Below, one piece after another: positions 26,039 through 32,000 of a stretch of DNA of 32,000 nt. This stretch comes from Propionibacteriaceae bacterium (GTDB lineage: Bacteria > Actinomycetota > Actinomycetes > Propionibacteriales > Propionibacteriaceae): contig JAIRQE010000016.1 in the NCBI GenBank assembly GCA_031256725.1, positions 1 to 32,000 of the forward strand. Direction: 5' to 3'. Numbering within the stretch: the stretch's first letter is position 1; the number at the start of each line of letters is the position of its first letter. Made by a program: the position numbers and the translations under genes. Below the pieces are notes generated by a model that searched no databases, was not told the origin of the DNA, and worked only from the letters and a program-made list of their open reading frames with translations.

Positions 26039-27405
26039 GTCACCTCCAGGTTCCCATCACTGGTGAAAACCCCCATCTGTGTGGGGGTACCACAGGTTTC
26101 GTCCTCATCCCCAACACCAAGGAATGCCACTGTGTACCCATAGCGCTGGGCAGTTGTATGAGCCCATTCTTGGAACTCTGCGCGGGTCCACTCGAAACGA
26201 TGGTCCTCATGTCGATGCCCCGATTCGACTCCATAGATTTCGTTGTATTCACTATTGGGGGTTGTCACCACGATAGTGCGCGGCCTCGCGTATTCAAAGA
26301 GTACCCGTTCGAAGGCTGCCAAACGACCCAGATCAAGATGCTCAATGACTTCAACAACACATGCAGTGTCGTACCCAGAAAAGCGCGCATCCCTATAGGT
26401 GAGGGATCCTTGGATGAGGGTGATTCGGGACTGCATTGATTCGCTGGCATCGGTGAGCATTAGACGCTCAGAGCTTTTTTCGAGGGCATGGTGTGCTACA
26501 TCAACCCCAGTGATCTTCGTGAACTGACTATCTTTGACAAGGAGTTTTAGGAGGTTTCCTTCGCCACAACCTAGATCAATCACAGTGGAGGCACCACTAG
26601 CTTTGACCTGGTTGAGTACTGCTTGGAGTCGTACTTCGTTGAGACGGGGAGGCTTTTCGGGTGCCTCAGTGGGGATGAGATCCCCATCGTTTGCACTCAT
26701 GGCAGCCAGTTGCTCGAACGCCTGGTTGACAAGTCGTCGCTGACGTTTGAGATAGCGATCTGTGATGTACTGTTTCATCGGATGGTCAGCCAGCCAGCCC
26801 TCACCCATTCTCAACAGTTTGTCGACCTCTTCAGAATCCACCCAATAGTGTTTGTGGGCATCAAAGACCGGCATCAAAACATAGAGATGCTTGAGGAGGT
26901 CTCGCAGGCGTACCTCTCCTGTGATGGTGAGGTTAACATATGAAGCCTGCCCCCATTGGTGGAATTGATCATCAAGGGTGAAACTCTCCCATTCGACCTC
27001 ATAACCCAAGGGTTCGAAGACTGCTGACAGATTCTGGTGGTTTCCCCGACAGGGAAGCATCGTGACCGTGGCGGAAAGGTTCAACCTAGAATCGGCCAAC
27101 TCCTGATGGAAGTCGCCTCGACCGGTCATGGCTGTACCAAAGGCTTTCGTGAGCGCTGTACTCATGAGGGAGGAAGAAACATAGGGGCGGTCGTTGACAT
27201 AGTCGTAGCCTGATCTCTTGGAGAGTCCGATAGGGTCAACATCCAGCAGTAGTGCCACTGTGGTACGTTCACGCGAGACCTCAGGATAGAAGACATAGGC
27301 TTTCCCAAAACTGAGTTCCACCACCTGAGGGCGTGCCGGATTCTTAAACAGGAGGTACCCAAGTTCGGTCGTATTCTGTCCCAGATAGGTGATGGTCAAC
27401 AGCAC
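26029..27405 (-). CDS. hen1: 3'-terminal RNA ribose 2'-O-methyltransferase Hen1 (bacterial RNA repair partner of Pnkp)
   Basis: 458 aa. The N-terminus MLLTITYLGQNTTELGYLLFKNP is the characteristic bacterial Hen1 N-domain. The C-terminal SAM methyltransferase has VIDLGCGEGNLL. GTG start. No SD is present, but TAAGCT (plus coordinates 27412-27417) lies 6 nt upstream. Confidence 0.9.
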   Translation of the reverse strand: MLLTITYLGQNTTELGYLLFKNPARPQVVELSFGKAYVFYPEVSRERTTVALLLDVDPIGLSKRSGYDYVNDRPYVSSSLMSTALTKAFGTAMTGRGDFHQELADSRLNLSATVTMLPCRGNHQNLSAVFEPLGYEVEWESFTLDDQFHQWGQASYVNLTITGEVRLRDLLKHLYVLMPVFDAHKHYWVDSEEVDKLLRMGEGWLADHPMKQYITDRYLKRQRRLVNQAFEQLAAMSANDGDLIPTEAPEKPPRLNEVRLQAVLNQVKASGASTVIDLGCGEGNLLKLLVKDSQFTKITGVDVAHHALEKSSERLMLTDASESMQSRITLIQGSLTYRDARFSGYDTACVVEVIEHLDLGRLAAFERVLFEYARPRTIVVTTPNSEYNEIYGVESGHRHEDHRFEWTRAEFQEWAHTTAQRYGYTVAFLGVGDEDETCGTPTQMGVFTSDGNLEVTCA

Positions 27406-27429
27406 GAAACTAGCTTATATGTACGATCC

Positions 27430-28146
27430 TTATTGAAGAACTCGAACTTCACGGCGTTTTAGCCAGGGGATGATCAGTAGTGTTAAGGGGAGTAGGAGTA
27501 CTTCCAACCCGACTTTGTAGAGATAGCCGACAACAATGTAGTTGCCTAAGGTGCCCCAGTCGACGATGAAGGCCCAGGCAATGGTACAAAACAGGATGGT
27601 GTCTGCGGCTTCGCCAACAACTGTTGAACTGATGAGGCGGAACCACAGGGATCCGGGTTTTGCGCGATCACGGAGTTTCACCAGGATCTTAGCGTTGAGG
27701 AGTTGACCCACAAGATAGCCGACGAGGGAACCGATGACGATCCGAAGTACCACACCCATCACCGAGATCCAGGCTTCCTGATTCCCCCAACTCGGGTCGG
27801 GGGGGAGTACCCCTACGATGAAGAAAACTAGAGCCGCGACCGCAGAGACCACGAAACCCATGAAGATTGCTCGGCGGGCCTTTTTGAAACCATAGACCTC
27901 GGCCAAGCAGTCACCCAGGATATAGGTCAAGGGGAAGGTCAGGGCCCCACCGTCGAAGACGAGCGGAAAGACATGGATGCCCAAGGGAGTCCATGTGGGG
28001 CCAAGCGCAATGAGTTTCGAGGCTGCCACATTGGCGATCAGCAGGAGGGCGCAAAACCCTGCCACCACGAGGTCATAAACCCCAGTGGGAGTCTCACGAA
28101 GGGCTGCTCGTGAAGTTTCATTCTGCTCATTCACAGGTAGCATCAT
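27430..28146 (-). CDS. yhhQ: queuosine precursor transporter family (YhhQ/DUF165, VUT) membrane protein
   Basis: 238-aa polytopic ORF with the family block LTFPLTYILGDCLAEVYGFKKARRAIF. Its stop is 24 nt upstream of the hen1 start on the same strand. Confidence 0.85.
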   Translation of the reverse strand: MMLPVNEQNETSRAALRETPTGVYDLVVAGFCALLLIANVAASKLIALGPTWTPLGIHVFPLVFDGGALTFPLTYILGDCLAEVYGFKKARRAIFMGFVVSAVAALVFFIVGVLPPDPSWGNQEAWISVMGVVLRIVIGSLVGYLVGQLLNAKILVKLRDRAKPGSLWFRLISSTVVGEAADTILFCTIAWAFIVDWGTLGNYIVVGYLYKVGLEVLLLPLTLLIIPWLKRREVRVLQ

Positions 28147-28196
28147 ACTGGTTGGAGAATCAGCGCTAGAATGGGTACCACATCATTACAGGGAGG

Positions 28197-29231
28197 TTGT
28201 CCATTACGTCGTCTGACACTGAGACTCGTTTAGACTCTCGGCGCGTTGTTGTGCCCACCTCCATACCGATGGTGGCTGTTCTTGGCCCCTCCGATGAGTT
28301 TCTGCGCCTCCTCGAGAAGACTCTGAAGGCCGACATCTATGTCCGTGGTAATGAGATTACGTTGAGTGGATCTCGTGAGGCTATGAACCATGCCGAGGAT
28401 GTACTTACCCAAATGGTGACCATTGTGCGTACCGGGCAGGGATTGAGCTTGGCAGATGTGTCCAGGATTGCCGAGATGGTAGGTACGGAAACCCTTGAAG
28501 CAGCAGAGGTTCTCACCCAGTCGATCCTCTCCCATAGGGGGCGTACCATCCGGCCCAAGACTGCGAACCAGAAGAGGTATGTGGATGCCATCGACTCCAA
28601 TACCATCGTCTTCGGTATCGGCCCAGCCGGAACGGGGAAAACCTATCTGGCCGTGGCAAAGGCTGTACAAGCCCTCCAGGCCAAGCAGGTTTCCCGGATC
28701 ATTTTGACTCGTCCAGCGATTGAGGCAGGGGAGAGGTTGGGATTCCTTCCGGGGACGCTCTCCGAGAAGATTGACCCCTATCTTCGTCCCCTCTATGACG
28801 CCCTTCATGACATGCTTGATCCTGCATCTGTACCGCGGCTGTTGACGGCTGGCACGATTGAGATCGCGCCACTGGCGTACATGAGGGGTCGTACGCTCAA
28901 CGACGCATTCATCATCCTTGATGAGGCCCAAAATACTTCGATGGAGCAGATGAAGATGTTCCTGACCCGACTGGGATTCGGATCAACCATGGTTGTCACA
29001 GGGGACATCACCCAGATCGATCTGCCTGGTGCGACGAAGTCGGGTCTCAAAGAGGTCACCGGAATCCTGGATGGAGTCAGGGACATCAGCTTCTGCCGGT
29101 TGACGAATCAGGACGTGGTACGTCACCCGCTCGTTGGGCATATCGCAGCAGCCTATGACACCTATGAGGCAAGGCGAGTCACACATGAAGAACCCAGAAA
29201 AGGGCAGAGGTCCCGGAAGGTAGTTGAATGA
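28197..29231 (+). CDS. phoH: PhoH-like ATPase (YbeZ family)
   Basis: 344 aa with Walker A GPAGTGKTYLAV, Walker B FIILDEAQN and the TGDITQIDL block. The start is uncertain: the TTG at 28197 directly abuts GGGAGG. Confidence 0.9.
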   Translation: MSITSSDTETRLDSRRVVVPTSIPMVAVLGPSDEFLRLLEKTLKADIYVRGNEITLSGSREAMNHAEDVLTQMVTIVRTGQGLSLADVSRIAEMVGTETLEAAEVLTQSILSHRGRTIRPKTANQKRYVDAIDSNTIVFGIGPAGTGKTYLAVAKAVQALQAKQVSRIILTRPAIEAGERLGFLPGTLSEKIDPYLRPLYDALHDMLDPASVPRLLTAGTIEIAPLAYMRGRTLNDAFIILDEAQNTSMEQMKMFLTRLGFGSTMVVTGDITQIDLPGATKSGLKEVTGILDGVRDISFCRLTNQDVVRHPLVGHIAAAYDTYEARRVTHEEPRKGQRSRKVVE

Positions 29232-29692
29232 TAGACATCAATAATGAATCCGGAAGAATGGCTGACGAAAAAGGCCTCGTCAGGTTGGCTCGATTTGCTC
29301 TAGACATCCTCCATATTCATCCTGAGGCAGAGTTGTCGATCCAGTTGGTTGATGAGGCAACCATGTCGGCTTATCACGAGAAGTTCATGGGGGAGCCCGG
29401 GCCGACCGATGTTTTGAGTTTCCCGATGGATGAACTACGTCCAGGCAAACCCAATGGCGAGGAACCGCTTGGGGTCCTCGGTGATGTTGTACTCTGCCCT
29501 GAGGTGACCGAGCGTCAGGCAGCTGACACGGGGCGCACCCCCCGACAGGAGGCTGAGTACCTTCTCATCCACGGAATCCTTCACCTTCTGGGTTTCGATC
29601 ATGGTGAGCCTCAGGAAAAGGCTGTGATGTTTGGGTTGAATGACCAGATCATTGAGGCATGGACGAAGGAATCTAGGAGTGCGAATGCCTGA
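29228..29692 (+). CDS. ybeY: rRNA maturation endoribonuclease YbeY
   Basis: 154 aa with the HGILHLLGFDH metal-binding motif. ATGA overlaps the phoH stop. Confidence 0.93.
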   Translation: MIDINNESGRMADEKGLVRLARFALDILHIHPEAELSIQLVDEATMSAYHEKFMGEPGPTDVLSFPMDELRPGKPNGEEPLGVLGDVVLCPEVTERQAADTGRTPRQEAEYLLIHGILHLLGFDHGEPQEKAVMFGLNDQIIEAWTKESRSANA

Positions 29693-29716
29693 TCCTGTTC
29701 AACCTGGGAGTCCGCG

Positions 29717-31018
29717 ATGACCCTTGCAGTACAAATAATCCTGCTCGTGGTCTTCCTGGTGATCGCGGGGTTCTTCATGGCGATCCAGGAGGGTTTCTCC
29801 ACCCTGTCCAAGGGGCAAGCTCGCAAGCTCGTTGACGATGAGGTGAAGAAGGCCGACAGGGTTGCCCAGATCGCAGCTGATCCCGCGCCAACAGTCTCCA
29901 CGGCCCTATTTCTGAGGCTTGTCGGTGAGGTTGGTTTCGCTGTTGTTGTCGTGAACCTCTTTATGACTAGGGTTAATGCGAGCCCAATCTGGTCTCTCTT
30001 GGGCGCAGGAACAGTAGTTCTCATCACTTTGTTTGTGATTGTTCATGTGTCTGCTTGCACCCTTGGCCGCCAGAAGGTGGTCGCTGTGACTCTCAGCACA
30101 TGTACCCTCATGAAGCTGCTCACCTCTGTCTTTTTCGTTATCCCGCAGTTGATGATCCTGGTTTCCAACATCATCACCCCAGGTCGGGGATTTCCTGACG
30201 GACCCTTTGCCTCTGAAGATGAGCTCCTAGAGTTCGTGGACAGGGCTGAGGCCTCCAACCAGATTGAGGCCGATGAACGCAAGATGATCTACTCGGTCTT
30301 CGATCTGGGTGACACCCTCGTTCGTGAGGTGATGGTACCTAGACCCGACGTGGTCTATATCGAGGAGGGGAAGACCCTCAGGCAGGCCTTAGCGCTCACC
30401 CTGCGTTCAGGTTTCTCCCGTATCCCTGTGACTGGAGCCAAGGGCCTTGACGATGTGATCGGTATCCTCTACCTAAAAGACATTGTCAAGCGTGTTTTCG
30501 ACAAGTCGGATGCCCAATCTTCGGAACTCGTTTCCTCTTTGGTACGGCCTGTCACATGGTGTCCTGACTCGAAACCGGCAGATGATCTCCTGCGTGAGAT
30601 GCAGGCGGCACATATACACATGGTTGTTGTGGTTGATGAGTTCGGTGGTACAGCTGGAATCGTTACCATTGAAGACCTCTTGGAAGAGATCGTTGGAGAG
30701 ATCCAAGACGAGTTTGACCAGGAGATTGACCCTGTGACCCAGATCTCTGAGGGTGTCTACCGGGTTTCATCACGACTGTCGCTGGCAGACTTGGGGGATC
30801 TGTTTGAGATGGAACTTGACGACGAGGACGTGGATTCTATTGGTGGGATCCTCGCCAAGAAACTCAACCAGGTTCCCATCCCAGGCTCAACACTGACATG
30901 GGAGGGCCTGGAGATGACTGCCGATCAGTACGCAGGTCGCCGCCACCAAATAGCAACCATCATTGTTCACCGAGCAGTCGAAGGCGATGAAGGTACTGAT
31001 GAAGGGATCACACGGTGA
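29717..31018 (+). CDS. hemolysin-family / CorC-type membrane protein (DUF21 + CBS pair + CorC_HlyC)
   Basis: 433 aa with an N-terminal 4-TM DUF21, a CBS pair ([11 protein letters not shown]..., [33 protein letters not shown]) and a C-terminal transporter-associated domain. Confidence 0.88.
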   Translation: MTLAVQIILLVVFLVIAGFFMAIQEGFSTLSKGQARKLVDDEVKKADRVAQIAADPAPTVSTALFLRLVGEVGFAVVVVNLFMTRVNASPIWSLLGAGTVVLITLFVIVHVSACTLGRQKVVAVTLSTCTLMKLLTSVFFVIPQLMILVSNIITPGRGFPDGPFASEDELLEFVDRAEASNQIEADERKMIYSVFDLGDTLVREVMVPRPDVVYIEEGKTLRQALALTLRSGFSRIPVTGAKGLDDVIGILYLKDIVKRVFDKSDAQSSELVSSLVRPVTWCPDSKPADDLLREMQAAHIHMVVVVDEFGGTAGIVTIEDLLEEIVGEIQDEFDQEIDPVTQISEGVYRVSSRLSLADLGDLFEMELDDEDVDSIGGILAKKLNQVPIPGSTLTWEGLEMTADQYAGRRHQIATIIVHRAVEGDEGTDEGITR

Positions 31019-31944
31019 TCGAGACAACCCAACCCATCCACCACTCTGGTTTCGCCTGCTTTGTTGGGCGACCCAATGCTGGAAAGTCAACTCTGACGAA
31101 TGCCCTTGTAGGTACGAAGGTAGCCATCGCCTCAGATAAGCCACAGACCACCCGCCACATCATTAAAGGGATTGTGACAAGGGATGATGGTCAACTCGTG
31201 ATCCTGGACACTCCTGGGATTCACCGACCAAGGACACTGCTTGGTGAACGTCTCAATCAGTTGGTCTATGACACCTGGTCCGAGGTGGATGTGATCGGTG
31301 TATGTCTGCCTTGCCCGGAGAAGATCGGGCCAGGGGATCGTCACCTCATCACCGAGATTGCCAACCTCAAGAATCGACCAACCCTGATGGGGCTCGCCAC
31401 AAAGGTTGATCTCGCTGGGAAACCACGGATTCGGGAGCACCTGATCGACATTCAAAAACTTGAATCCGAGTTGGGTATCGAGTGGGCGCAGATCGTACCC
31501 GTCTCGGCAAAGACTGGAGAGAATATCGACCTTGTTCGGGATCTCTTGGTGGGTACATTGCCTGAGGGGCCGCGGTACTATCCAGACGGAGAGGTGACCG
31601 ACGAACCGACGGAAACCCTTGTGACAGAGCTGATCCGAGAGGTTGCCCTAGGGCTTGTTCATGAGGAACTCCCGCATTCGATCACTGTCACCATTGAAGA
31701 AATGGGGTTGAGGCCAGAACGCGATAAGCCCCTGCTCGACATCTTTGCCAACCTCATTGTTGAAAGAGATTCTCAGAAACCTATCATCTTGGGGAAAAAG
31801 GCTGAGCGTCTCAAGCAAATTGGTACCGAGGCTCGCCAAAGGATCTCACGCCTAGTGGGAACGCCTGTTTACCTGGATCTGAAGGTCAAGGTGATGAAGG
31901 AATGGCAGCGTGATCCGAAGGCCCTCAACCGCTTGGGATTCTAA
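31015..31944 (+). CDS. era: GTPase Era
   Basis: 309 aa with G1 GRPNAGKST, G3 DTPG, G4 TKVD and a C-terminal KH domain. The GTGA start overlaps the upstream stop. Confidence 0.93.
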   Translation: MIETTQPIHHSGFACFVGRPNAGKSTLTNALVGTKVAIASDKPQTTRHIIKGIVTRDDGQLVILDTPGIHRPRTLLGERLNQLVYDTWSEVDVIGVCLPCPEKIGPGDRHLITEIANLKNRPTLMGLATKVDLAGKPRIREHLIDIQKLESELGIEWAQIVPVSAKTGENIDLVRDLLVGTLPEGPRYYPDGEVTDEPTETLVTELIREVALGLVHEELPHSITVTIEEMGLRPERDKPLLDIFANLIVERDSQKPIILGKKAERLKQIGTEARQRISRLVGTPVYLDLKVKVMKEWQRDPKALNRLGF

Positions 31945-32000
31945 GAGTCATGCGCCACACGGTGAAAACCCTTATCCATCTTTGTCCAGGTGGGGTATCC

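Noticed and set aside
28147-28196. preQ1 riboswitch upstream of yhhQ (minus strand)
   Set aside because: The 50-nt divergent spacer, plus the adjacent sequence read on the minus strand, lacks the short hairpin plus A-rich tail (..CCCUC.AUAAAAAACUA..) of preQ1-I. It is also too short for types II or III. An Infernal scan would confirm.
28230-28931. 233-aa antisense ORF within phoH. Similar antisense ORFs occur within pnkp (25472-25990), hrcA (17114-17677), dnaJ (18552-19040) and metB (3868-4302)
   Set aside because: Each is fully contained in a confidently identified gene on the other strand. None has a recognisable motif or initiation signal.
31950-32000. ATG-initiated open frame (MRHTVKTLIHLCPGGVS...) running off the window end
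   Set aside because: Only 17 codons are visible, with no clear RBS or recognisable motif. It cannot be supported from this window.

Overview
The window looks like a chromosomal segment of an actinobacterium. GC is mid-50s % by eye. It carries an actinobacterial-type LexA box (TCGAAC-N4-GTTCGA), a CIRCE/HrcA operator, and the conserved hrcA-dnaJ-rsmE ... phoH-ybeY-corC-era backbone. Left to right: argG-hisE-hisG; a 4-gene tRNA cluster (Gly-GCC, Cys-GCA, Val-GAC, Val-CAC) closed by a bidirectional terminator; and metB (cystathionine gamma-synthase/lyase family) on the minus strand. A 500-bp divergent control region follows. It holds two oppositely oriented Cys/Met-rich mini-ORFs and a central 17-bp palindrome. 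Next is an operon with a URO-D/MtaA-like protein carrying an H-x-C-x76-C zinc-thiolate motif and a Liv-type ABC importer (lipoprotein SBP, fused LivHM permease, fused LivGF ATPase). Downstream lie a 31-codon relic of an enolase-superfamily gene, a LexA-boxed small W-rich ORF coupled to dnaE2, and two bPH_2 (YdbT/YdbS-like) membrane proteins. After CIRCE-hrcA-dnaJ-rsmE comes an ~8.2 kb insertion relative to the usual backbone: tgt (+), then on the minus strand yhhQ (queuosine-precursor transporter family), hen1, pnkp (the Pnkp/Hen1 RNA repair pair) and an acyltransferase_3/SGNH O-acyltransferase. The window ends with phoH-ybeY-corC-era. The three most interesting items are (1) the twin cysteine/methionine leader-peptide attenuator candidates and the uncharacterised methyltransferase-plus-importer operon one of them controls, (2) the tight linkage of queuosine salvage genes with the Hen1/Pnkp tRNA repair cassette, and (3) the SOS-regulated small ORF coupled to dnaE2. 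I saw no CRISPR array, IS element or rRNA gene.
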